DNA of 64,000 nt, from the NCBI GenBank assembly GCA_028023455.1, contig JAQFVV010000002.1:30628001-30692000 (forward strand). The letters are read 5' to 3'. Shown here one piece after another: positions 38,936-50,379 of this stretch. Position 1 is the first letter of the stretch. Every line of letters starts with the position of its first letter. The position numbers and the translations under genes were made by a program. A model generated the notes under the pieces. That model searched no databases and was not told the DNA's origin. It was given only the letters and a program-made list of their open reading frames with translations. Source of the stretch: Epiperipatus broadwayi. Taxonomy: Eukaryota; Animalia; Onychophora.

Positions 38936-39289
38936 AGTCTAATTATTAGAAAAAGAATTTCTGATAAAAAATGTTACCATCAAACCCATCAAAAATGTAT
39001 TATTATTCAATGTTACTATCATTAGTACCTGTGTTTCAATTTTTTATTAAGTGATAATAACTCGCAAAAATCCAAACGTATTATTTTACGAATTTCTTCA
39101 GCTTTAAACATATTCATATTTATTTTGGGGAGCATGTCTAGAGTTGAGGTTAATGAAATATTATCGAAATAGAATATGAATATATGTTTAGCGATACACT
39201 ACCAGTAAATTCTCATTTTTGATTGATTAAAATAAGTCATAATAAATTTTTCCAGTTTAAAAAAAAGAATAAAGTGATATTTTATATAA

Positions 39290-40055
39290 TTAAAACAATG
39301 ACAATCCCTCTATACAGTAGTGCCACTTAGTGCAAGCCTTGGTAATCAATGGAAGCAAGAAGATTTGAGCATAAAATCCCTCTCTAATGCCTACTCATTT
39401 AATATTTCCAAAGTAGTTTCTAGCTTGTGGTTTGAGGAGCTTTGGATATTAGAGGACCACACGTAAATCTTAGAATTTAATGCAACTTTCCAGCAGCAAT
39501 CTTTTAACTTTTCAGTTAATTATAAAGCTACGAGTTCGAAAGGAGAGCAGCTAATGTTTTCAATCCAAGCTTATTCGCTTGTATAGTCCTACATACCTGA
39601 ACCCAGTTCAGCATCTACATATTTTGAGTTCTTGGTTCTTTAATAATTATAGTCACCATCATTCCATCTGCAGGAATGGTATTAGCCACTAAACATCATA
39701 AGATTCCCATTTCCTATGTTTACACAAATTGCTAAAGCAGTGAGAAACTCTCTATACAGTAGTGCCAGTGCAAGCCATACTAATCGATTGATGCAATAAG
39801 GTTTGTGCAGAAAATCCCTATCTAGTGCCTATTCATCCAATATCCCCAGATTAGTTTGTGGATTTCATCAGTGAGGAGCCTTGGATCTGAGAGCACTGGG
39901 GGTATTGGATGAGCTTGCACTAAATAGGGATTTTGATGCACAAACCTTCTTGCATCCATTGATTACTATGGTGAGCACTGGGTTGCACTACTGTATGGAG
40001 AGTTTATTATTGTTTTGACAGCTTGCATAAGCATATGAAATGGTGATCATATGAG
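39290..40055. mobile_element. Family A: minus-strand tandem plus inverted tail; hammerheads carry deletions
   Basis: The unit repeats at ~39300 and ~39745. HHR remnants at ~39397-39448 (CTGATGA deleted) and ~39834-39886 (stem II/GAAA partly deleted). Confidence 0.8.
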
Positions 40056-40286
40056 ATTTTAAATAGCATTATAATTTATGATTATATTAAATTATTTACA
40101 GATGTAATATGTCGTAGCAAACATAAATTGCTTTCATAAAATTCTAAAATTTTTGTTAAAGTAATATAAAAAACATTGCATTTTTTTAATGTGTTTCAAA
40201 TTTCTACATCCAGTGCTACAAATTGTTGAAATAATGACTAAAGACTAGATTTTGTTTTTAATACTAGATTTTATGAACAATTTCTA

Positions 40287-40481
40287 GATGGAGAGTTGAA
40301 ATTTTAAATGGGATTTCAAGAGATTTTAAAAGACCTAGAAAGAGACCATATGTGAGATGGATGGATGAAATAAGGAAGGGTGCTGGGGTATGGAAAAGTG
40401 AGGCTAGAGATCAGAGAAAATGAATTGAACTTGGAGAGACCATCCTGCAGTGGATCGATAGTGGTTTAAAATGATGATGAT
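40287..40481 (+). mobile_element. RTE-clade LINE 3' end
   Basis: Same family as 7633-7935; ends ATGATGATGA. Confidence 0.8.
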
Positions 40482-42641
40482 TAGATGTTATGGCAATAAA
40501 ATATACACGTGCTGGTTAGTGCGTTGGTAGGGTGGCAGATTCTGAGAATTGGAAATTAAGATCACAACTCTGTTTACCACCTCCAGCGATTGAACATCTT
40601 ATGACCTCTTGGGCAATAAGCCATTAGGTTGTATTATGTTATAAACATTTCACTGATCAGTAAATAATATTTCTATGGTTTGTTTGAAAGTTGCAATGAT
40701 GACGTATTACTTGTTTACTATGTCTACCATCTAGATTTAATTGTTAAATTCAGACCTCATTTAAACTTTTCAAATACATTCAACTGTTAGTAATAGCATT
40801 GTTGTGCACTGACTAATTATGTATTTGTTAACTAAGTTATAGATATACACGTGTATGCAGACTGGTCAGTACAGGCAATGTTGAGTCACTAGAAATAATT
40901 CTATTTAGAAAAGAGAATTAAATTAATTGCAAATAACAACATTCTAATTTGTATTATAATAAAGTTTAGCAATATGCAAATTAGCAAAGTTAATAAATAA
41001 CCCGCAAGAGCTTTCTAAATGAAGAGTGAAAACAGAGGAGAAAGAAAAAGAATAAAATGAGACTCAAAGAAATGAGTGAAAACTGTTTGTGCAGTTGCAG
41101 ATAAGAATCAGAGTAGAAAAGAGCTTCTGTCAAATCTAATTAGGCTGACTCAAGGAAGGATTGGGCAGCAAAGTGCTTTCTTAGAAATTGCTTATGAACA
41201 ACCGTTTGTTTAGGGAAGTTAAGAAAATGTTTAAGTATTAAAATAAAGTCTTTAAGAAATCATGGAGTTAGAGATGAGCTCTAACTAGCTATCTATTTAT
41301 TTATTTGGGTTATCATCGATTAGCCTCCGCACACCGCCTGATGTTGCTGTTGCTAGTCAAAAAGCAATAGATATAACATTACCGGGCTGATTTACAATTT
41401 ACTTTTTTTTTTACATTACTACATGTCAGCATGTAGCACTGGAATTGACAGGGAGGGGGATCCAATGTCTTTGCTCCATCACATGTGAGACAATTTTTAA
41501 AACATTATTCATTTCAGCGCATAGCGCTGGAATTGGCAGGGAGGGGGATTTGATGGTTTTGCCGATCCGAAGGATCGTCCATCACAACATATTTTTTTTT
41601 AAAAAAATTATTTAATAAAATCTAATATTTTCTTTTTTTCAATTAACATCTGATCAAAAAAAAAAAAAAAAATTTCAACACTATTTTAAAACAATTTACG
41701 AAACACAATTCGATTTGAAAATTCCCCTCAGTTCAAGCCAAGCTTATGCTTTGAAAGTCTCGTAGCTGTCCCTGTGCAAAACATGTTTTACATGTGATTT
41801 CTATATAATGCTGGAATGTACATTTTTGAAATTCGTATAACCTTAAAAATATGTGTACGGAAGCGCGTCTTTTGTCTTACAATTAATACTATTTAAAACT
41901 GTGTCAGGTCATATAAAAAATAAGTACTTTGAATGCACATGCAAAGACTTAGGACAACTTGAATTCTACACACTCTCACATCATACTGTAGTGATCTGTG
42001 AAGTGTGCGATAGTACCATGAAGCACAAAAGCTGCTTAGTGGCAATATGATCAGAACCATTCTATAGGCCACATAAGCAGTATATTTCTGTGTTTTTGCA
42101 TGGAAACAGCAACATCTAGATGGTGTGCAAGGGCTAATCGACAACATCTTGCGTGTATGTATCAATTTAAGTTAATGTTAAATACACAGATTAGTTTATA
42201 GTCTGACCCGTACATATTAAGCACCCAGATTTGTTTATAACATTTTCTCCTCACTTCTTTAGGTATTGCTAGTCTGTCCAGTGGCAGTACTATCATGGGA
42301 GTCAAATCTAAAGGTTACAGGTTCAATCCTATGTTAGTATAGCCACTGATCAAGCCAGCAGTACTTGAAGAGAGAAAAGTAGTGTTACTTAAAATATTGT
42401 ATTATATAAAAATCTGTGTCCTATTACTAATAGTTGAATGTAAGTTTAAGTAAAATTTGGAATTTTTCTGAAGAGATTTAACAATTCTAAATGATGGAAA
42501 TAGTACAACGTATAAACACAAATAACATTGCTAGTGTTTTAACACCCACTGATATTTGTGTATCTCAATTTTTACTTAGATATCTTTTACCTGCAAGAAT
42601 GTGTGTCTATGTATATGTATTTATACCATATATATTTTCAG

Positions 42642-42734
42642 TAAAATGATGTTTCTTCTCTACGACTGTGGTTTACGGATTGTAATTCATACGGCAAATC
42701 TTGTGGAAAGTGATTGGTATCAAAAGACTCAGGG
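42642..42734 (+). CDS. TDP1: TDP1 internal coding exon (93 nt) with the Lys and Asn of the first HxK(x)nN motif
   Basis: ttttcag|T AAA ATG ATG...CAG GG|gtaagt = (T)[30 protein letters not shown](G); in phase with the 35-nt exon. Confidence 0.93.
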
Positions 42735-42967
42735 GTAAGTGTCATCAAAAGAAAACCATTTTAGACAATTATTCTAGTTAAGCTTAATCATTCAGAGTAG
42801 ATCTTGCATAGGTACTAAATAATTTAAATATGTGGTTTTGTATATATATAAAAATACTTTTTAATTACAGTTATATTACTAATTAAAAGGTAAACCTTAA
42901 ACAGGATTTTCTCACCATTGATCTTAGCAAAATTTAATCCAAAAGATTAAAATTTCTTTGATTAAAT

Positions 42968-44550
42968 TGTAACGGGTGTACTCGTTTACCGTATACTTAT
43001 TAGTTCTTATCATAAAAAAAAAAATATCTATATTTCCCTTTTTTCTTTTTAAGCAAAAAATAGTGATAAGAAATTTCGTATTTCTCTCACAGCATATTTA
43101 TGGACGTCAATCATTGACTCCAAGCGCCAAACTTACTTTTTACATAAGTATTATGCTGGAAGAGAAAAATACGATAGTAATAGGGCCTCTCCACTAGCTC
43201 AGTACTCAGGGCGGGTGGCCAATAAACCGTAGGAAAATGTACGGGGGAAAACTCTATGCAACCAACAGCGAAACTCGGATCAATTGTTTAAATTCATGAA
43301 CTATATTCTATGAGTCAAATAATAAAACATACACATGTAATATAAGCCTTAAAATAACACACCTTTTATTATAATATTTTTTTTTTTACTTTTAAGAAAA
43401 TATATTGCCCATACCCTTTTAACGTTTACATAACCCAATAAAACCTACATATGTATTTGTGTGGATTTACAACAGAACAAGAAAACGAACGTATACACAG
43501 ATAAAAATCTAATCAGCTGTATTTGAATGGCCTTATCATAAAAAAATATATAAGTTTCTTGCCTTCGTTCGTTCTCCTTGAGGGTTTCAGAAAAACGTGG
43601 TAATTTTTGGAAATAAAATATCTTAAGTTCATATTACCTGCAATTTTTGTCCGATGTGATCCCCGGGGATATCAAAATAAGAAGAAAAACACATGAAATC
43701 CGAAGCAAAACGTACGAGACAGTTCATCACGCTTCAGTTCATTCCGAGTCGGATCGATTCCCTTGCGAAAAGTTGATAGATCTCCGGTAGATGTTCTCCG
43801 GTCACTGCCGCATGGATTCTTCGGGGTAAGGTCCAGAAAACCCAGCACGCTTAAGCTTTTACCCCACCGTACTCATGTTCGGCCGTAGCCTTAGTTACTC
43901 TTCTTAAAATATATATATAAAAAAAAATTGAATATATTTTTAATTTTTCTCTTTCCTCTTTGAAAACCAAAATAAAAATGACACTAGTTTAAAAAAAAAA
44001 CTACGTCTCCACTCTCCCTGTCACTTCTTTCTTTTCTTTTGTTTTCGCAAACACAGTCCGTCCCCTTTCTTCCCCACCACGTGGTATAGATGGCCAGTTA
44101 AGCTAATAAGCAAAAAGAACTTTTCGCACCTTCGGACATTTTGGCAATTAACATTCCGGAAACCTTTTTCTCCAACCTTCTTTTTTTAATTTTTTTTTTT
44201 TCATTCAAATTCCCCAGATAAGACCTTCGATGTTTAATATATCTCTTTTTTTTTTTTTTCTTACAATAATCTCTTATCTTGGATCCAAAAATGTATTCAT
44301 ACGTTCGTTTCTAAAATTGTCTATCCACACCGCAAATACATACATATACCACTTTTACAAAAATAAAACGCAAATTCCCCCCCCCACTCCCTCTTTTCTT
44401 ACTTTAATAAAATTTTAAACATTTTCTCCCACTACAAAAATAAATACTAAAACGAAATAAAATCAAATTATATGAAACTAATTTTAAACTATATAACATA
44501 TGTGTGCGCCTTTCTACATTGTAACTAGGGTTTAAACCCGACTGTTTACA
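42968..44550 (-). repeat. 3' LTR (1583 bp)
   Basis: Nearly identical to 46759-48348; differences are mostly homopolymer lengths. Confidence 0.95.
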
Positions 44551-44553
44551 ATA

Positions 44554-44563
44554 CCCTCCTCCC
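44554..44563 (-). promoter_or_regulatory. Polypurine tract
   Basis: GGGAGGAGGG, 3 nt before the 3' LTR on the - strand. Confidence 0.8.
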
Positions 44564-45385
44564 GGAAGCCTTTAAATACGGTATACGTATTTGAACGGCT
44601 CATTCCTAACTTATCAAATAAAACGATGCATTTTTAAATATTTTCCCTTTATAACTTTCTGCCCTGCGGCTCTAGAACAAAAGAAATAAACGACCATCAA
44701 TCCCAACGATATGCTATAAGTTCAACCACCAACTCACACGCATGTGATATGCAACGCACCGCATACAATCAATTCCACACAGACTTATTTGGTTATGTGA
44801 CCGGAAACACAAAAAAAAAACCTAAAAAAAAAAATCTCCTTTTTTTTTTTTTTCTTTCTACGTGTCAGGACTTTCTAACCGCACTCTGCTACTTCAGAGT
44901 CTTATGAGCGTGGGTAACTAGAACAAAATCCGACTTTTAAGTAGGGGTCGTCCAAGACCGTGCTCGCCTTTGGAGTTTTGTGGGTGGGACGGTATGTGAG
45001 TGCCGTGCTCTCTTTGGAGACTTATTGGCTTAAGTTTAAATAGGTCGGTCAACCATGTCGGGAACAACATTTATATACAGGACGCGACACACCACATGCC
45101 CAATCCAAGCAACCAACCCCGCCATCCACCGTCAGACTCGATAGACCGCTCCCATCTCAAATCTCCCTAGCCACCTTTATCTAACTCTCTAGCCTACAAA
45201 ACAATGAAGGAGAAAAAAAAATTCGACACACATATATAACTTCAAATGTGGCCTTATATAACGGCCCCTATACTTAATAATATCATTGTTAAATATTAAA
45301 CCCATACCCTAATAAAATAATTTAAACAAACACACAAAAAAAAAAACTTTCAGCCTATGTCCAATTACGTGTATATATCTTAACT

Positions 45386-46439
45386 CTATCGGCTATCCTT
45401 TTTCCCGGATGAACTCGAAATCTTTCCCTGTCCATAATTCGGCTTGCGTGGCGGTCGTGGCTCTTCATGTTCATACTGCCATTTCGGTCTAGTATTACCA
45501 TCCCCTCGTTCGGGATCCTGCAAGTTCCAATCCGACCCTCCTTCTTCCGTCCCAAATTTCACAACTCGAGTATCGTGAGTTTCTTTTCCTCGCTCTATCG
45601 GTAAATTATAATCATAGGTGCTCATATCAATCGCATTAAGTAGCTCAGCTACCTCCTCCATGGACGCTTTCCTTATGCCTAACATCATTTGTTCCACCTT
45701 CATCGGCATGTTATGCCTCACGATCCGAATGATGTGGTTTTCCTTTAAATTGCATGCGTCTAACGTTCGCAGCTTTGCCACTTGTCGATGGAAAAATTGT
45801 GAAAAACTTTCTTGCTCTCCTTCCCTATATTTCTCCTGCATAATCCGATATCTAGCCAACTCTTGACGATCCTCTGACCAAAAACTATCTCTCATCTCTC
45901 GTTGATATTCTTCAAATGTCGTAGGTTGTTGAAACAACGAATTCCACCATGATAGCGCGTTTCCAGTTAGGTTGCTGCAAGCAATAGCGATTTTGCTTTC
46001 CTCAGCCATCGGGTTAACGCTAAAATCTTCTTCCCAGACTTTGTAAGTGTTCCACGGGAGCTTCTCCCATTTGGCCGGCAAATGGCCGAACCTTTAAAAA
46101 TTGGTTTACATGGGCCTGTGCTGGTACGTACTTCGTCACGGCTTCCCTTTCTTCTGCTATTTTTGTCTTTTCGCCCTCAACCTGTTTCTCATCTACTTTC
46201 TTTCCCTTAGACTTCTCGTCTTTATCTATACTTCCTTCCTTCTTTGACTCTCCTTCGTTCTCTTCTCCTTGATTAACTCCTTTTATTCTTTCCATTTGCT
46301 GCTCTAATTTTCGCAGCCTTTCCTCAAATCGATCTTCGAATTTTTGAAATCTTTGTTCCAATCTTTCCAGAATGACCTCCAAAATCTTCGATTCTTCCTT
46401 CTTTTCTTGGTCCATTTTCTTTTGGAGTCTTGTTTTCAT
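45386..46439 (-). pseudogene. gag: Retrotransposon Gag (capsid-like), split by a single-base frameshift
   Basis: Coiled-coil N-terminus followed by PFAGQMGEAPVEHLQSL/EEDFSVNP...KIAIACSNLTGNALSWW...FWSEDRQ. Removing one G at 46033-46035 gives a 350-aa ORF. Confidence 0.8.
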
Positions 46440-46745
46440 TCACACTATATTTTACTAAATATATTTTGATATCTTAAAAAAAAAATCGTAGTAATTTGTT
46501 TTGACTGCTTCCAAAATCACAACGTGGTAGGTTTTCTTTCCCCCCCCCCCAAAGCGCCATGCTACGTGTCTAATTTCTTTATCAACCACTCGGAAAACTA
46601 TTTTCTGTCTTTCAATAAAACTATTTTAATCGAAACAAACTTCACGTCTCTCTAATATTTCTATTTTACTCCCCCTCCTTTCCCTTATCGAATTTTTAAT
46701 CTTTCTACTCGGGCCCCCATACATTCCATTCTTCATAAAGCCTTA

Positions 46746-46757
46746 GTTGGGACGCCA
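46746..46757 (-). promoter_or_regulatory. Primer-binding site
   Basis: TGGCGTCCCAAC, 1 nt after the 5' LTR; tRNA identity not determined (resembles Lys- or Asn-type PBSs). Confidence 0.7.
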
Positions 46758-46758
46758 T

Positions 46759-48348
46759 TGTAACGGGTGTACTCGTTTACCGTATACTTATTAGTTCTTA
46801 TCATAAAAAAAAAATATCTATATTTCCCTTTTTTCTTTTTAAGCAAAAAAAATAGTGATAAGAAATTTCGTATTTCTCTCACAGCATATTTATGGACGTC
46901 AATCATTGACTCCAAGCGCCAAACTTACTTTTTACATAAGTATTATGCTGGAAGAGAAAAATACGATAGTAATAGGGCCTCTCCACTAGCTCAGTACTCA
47001 GGGCGGGTGGCCAATAAACCGTAGGAAAATGTACGGGGGAAAACTCTATGCAACCAACAGCGAAACTCGGATCAATTGTTTAAATTCATGAACTATATTC
47101 TATGAGTCAAATAATAAAACATACACATGTAATATAAGCCTTAAAATAACACACCTTTTATTATAATATTTTTTTTTTTTTTACTTTTAAGAAAATATAT
47201 TGCCCATACCCTTTTAACGTTTACATAACCCAATAAAACCTACATATGTATTTGTGTGGATTTACAACAGAACAAGAAAACGAACGTATACACAGATAAA
47301 AATCTAATCAGCTGTATTTGAATGGCCTTATCATTAAAAAAATATATAAGTTTCTTGCCTTCGTTCGTTCTCCTTGAGGGTTTCAGAAAAACGTGGTAAT
47401 TTTTGGAAATAAAATATCTTAAGTTCATATTACCTGCAATTTTTGTCCGATGTGATCCCCGGGGATATCAAAATAAGAAGAAAAACACATGAAATCCGAA
47501 GCAAAACGTACGAGACAGTTCATCACGCTTCAGTTCATTCCGAGTCGGATCGATTCCCTTGCGAAAAGTTGATAGATCTCCGGTAGATGTTCTCCGGTCA
47601 CTGCCGCATGGATTCTTCGGGGTAAGGTCCAGAAAACCCAGCACGCTTAAGCTTTTACCCCACCGTACTCATGTTCGGCCGTAGCCTTAGTTACTCTTCT
47701 TAAAAATATATATATAAAAAAAAATTGAATATATTTTTAATTTTTCTCTTTCCTCTTTGAAAACCAAAATAAAACTGACACTAGTTTAAAAAAAAAAACT
47801 ACGTCTCCACTCTCCCTGTCACTTCTTTCTTTTCTTTTGTTTTCGCAAACACAGTCCGTCCCCTTTCTTCCCCACCACGTGGTATAGATGGCCAGTTAAG
47901 CTAATAAGCAAAAAGAACTTTTCGCACCTTCGGACATTTTGGCAATTAACATTCCGGAAACCTTTTTCTCCAACCTTCTTTTTTTTTTTTTTTTTTTCAT
48001 TCAAATTCCCCAGATAAGACCTTCGATGTTTAATATATCTCTTTTTTTTTTTTTTTTCTTACAATAATCTCTTATCTTGGATCCAAAAATGTATTCATAC
48101 GTTCGTTTCTAAAATTGTCTATCCACACCGCAAATACATACATATACCACTTTTACAAAAATAAAACGCAAATTCCCCCCCCCACTCCCTCTTTTCTTAC
48201 TTTAATAAAATTTTAAACATTTTCTCCCACTACAAAAATAAATACTAAAACGAAATAAAATCAAATTATATGAAACTAATTTTAAACTATATAACATATG
48301 TGTGCGCCTTTCTACATTGTAACTAGGGTTTAAACCCGACTGTTTACA
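46759..48348 (-). repeat. 5' LTR (1590 bp)
   Basis: TGTAAC...GTTTACA; twin of 42968-44550. Confidence 0.95.
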
Positions 48349-48460
48349 AAATATTAGCACAATAATGTGATTGTAGTGGTAAAGTGGCAAGTTGGAGAGC
48401 TAAAGGATGCCACTGCTCAAACATTACTATCTTTTGAGAAACTAGCCAGTTAATTGTTAA

Positions 48461-48905
48461 TATTGAAATTAAATTGAAGGCTGCAAACCTCACACTCTTA
48501 TTATTTATCTGACAGCCAATCAGATGTTATGATGGCTGTTTTGAATAGCGATCAAATCGTAAATACAAGACAGAATTTTTACAAGAAAAGGGTGGTCCAC
48601 CCTCTTCTTTACTTGTCTTTCTATATATCTAAGCCACTCTGAAGTATTTTGATTTGAAAGCGTGAAGCTTTAAATATCTTCACATTTAACTCACTGAGTC
48701 TAAATTACAAACATACAGCGCGAAATCCTACGATTTACTATGCAGTAGTTATAACTTGCAGTAACGTATGTAAATAATATTTGCTTTATAAAGCTCAAAC
48801 AGTATTGAAATTAAATTGAAGGCTGCAAACCTCATGCGCTTATTACTTATCTGACAGCCAATCAGATGTTATGACGGCTGTTTTGAATAGCGATCAAATC
48901 ATAAT
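48461..48905. repeat. ~105-bp direct repeat, period 342 bp
   Basis: TATTGAAATTAAATTGAAGGCTGCAAACCTCA...AGCGATCAAATC at 48461 and 48803. Confidence 0.75.
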
Positions 48906-49370
48906 AACATGCAATACGAAAGCACTATATACTCTGTACAAGTCTATTTCAATACCAGAGATATGATCTATCCTGAGCTGCAATCTGTAGACTACTATCG
49001 CTAAATTGAGTACAGCTCCAATGAGAAAATGAGAGAATTTTTTGTCAGCAGTTTGTTAGCAAATTATTTTTTTACGTTGAACTAATTCACTGAAAAAAGT
49101 TCCTGATGTTTTCATCAATCACAAGCATGATAAGGTTGTTCACAAATAAGTCACAGTGATAGTCTTAATTATGTTTGATAGCAATCACAATTCAGTAATA
49201 ACTTGTTTTATATATTGACAATATACGTCTATGCTTATGTTAAACATTTTTTAAATAAAAGAATACGTAAAAATATTTTAATGTATACATATATGTTGAG
49301 CTATGCTAATTTAATGTTTACAATTATTAACTTCTGTTTAATTATTAAATAAAGTCATTAAAAGTGAGAT

Positions 49371-49485
49371 GTCAAGCGTTGTTAGCCGAGAGGTCAGCGC
49401 AGCCGCCTTGCAAGCAAGTAGTTGGTTGCAGACGGTTGTGGGTTCGCCTCCCGGCAGATGCTATGACATATGGGGGGAAAAAAAA
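49371..49485 (+). mobile_element. tRNA-derived SINE (family S1)
   Basis: A/B-box-like motifs; TSD AAAAGTGAGAT on both sides. Confidence 0.8.
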
Positions 49486-49924
49486 GTGAGATTCATTCTC
49501 AATCCTTGTGTAATTGATTATTAATTTAATAATTATTAATATCATGTTTTCTTATGGTTGATATATCAAATTTCCTTTGTATTTTCATCATAATTGGCAG
49601 GGATAAGCTTCTAAACAGCAAAAGCTTAAAGAACAGATGGATCCATTTTATTTTTGATTCTTTGTCAAGAAAGTGTTATTTATTCATAGCCTGAGGAGAG
49701 AAAGGTTATTAATTACATATTTATTTAGTTATGCTGTTGAAAATAGACTAATTGGTAAAAAAAAAAAAAAAGCTTGTGATTATTGTAATTAAAATTAGGA
49801 GGAAGGAAAAAAATTTAAAAAAAAAAAAAAATCCTAAATCTCTCAAGTTATAAAATCTTTCACCAGATGTCTCTGCTCATAATCAAGTTTAAGGAGAAGC
49901 CATTTGCATCATATCATTTATTCC

Positions 49925-50105
49925 AACCGTATATCATCATCAACAACCATTATTAATCCACTGCAGGATGAAGGTCTCTCCAAGTTCAATCCATTTTCTC
50001 TGATCTTTAGCTACTCTTCTCCACATCACCCCTGCACACTTTCTTATTTCATCCATCCATCTCACATATGGTGTCTTTCGGGGTCTTTTACAATCTTTTG
50101 GAATT
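49925..50105 (-). mobile_element. RTE-clade LINE 3' end
   Basis: KRPRKTPYVRWMDEIRKCAGVMWRRVAKDQRKWIELGETFILQW. Confidence 0.8.
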
Positions 50106-50379
50106 GAAAATATTGAAAAATATTTTATGTTCAAATGTAATAAAGTTGTATTATCATCATCACTAGTCATTTGCAAATGAAAATAATCTTCCAATTTCAA
50201 GCAAAAAGAAGATAGACAAACAAGAAAAATACACTTGATGCAGGATAATGTACGAAACAATCGATGAAAGTCAAATGTATACACTTGCTGAACATATTGA
50301 GCATTATTTTGTTTATTTGATATTTTGAAATGTTGTTTTTGAACTTCAAACTTTTCCTTCTGATAAACTTAAATACCAT

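Larger units (their letters stand above)
42968..48348 (-). mobile_element. Young non-autonomous Ty3/Gypsy-type LTR retroelement (gag only, no pol)
   Basis: TG...CA LTRs at 42968-44550 and 46759-48348, 4-bp TSD AAAT (42964-42967 and 48349-48352), PBS, PPT and a gag region. Confidence 0.92.

Noticed and set aside
44564-45385. pol or env remnant in the LTR element interior
   Set aside because: No protease, RT, integrase or transmembrane motifs in any frame I translated.
46067-46098. Slippery heptamer T TTA AAG, 6-nt spacer and CCATTTG/CAAATGG hairpin in gag (- strand), resembling a programmed -1 frameshift site
   Set aside because: The downstream Gag ORF is in the +1 frame, and the -1 frame closes after ~43 codons. 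Gag-like sequence continues in frame 0 past the site up to the extra G at 46033-46035.
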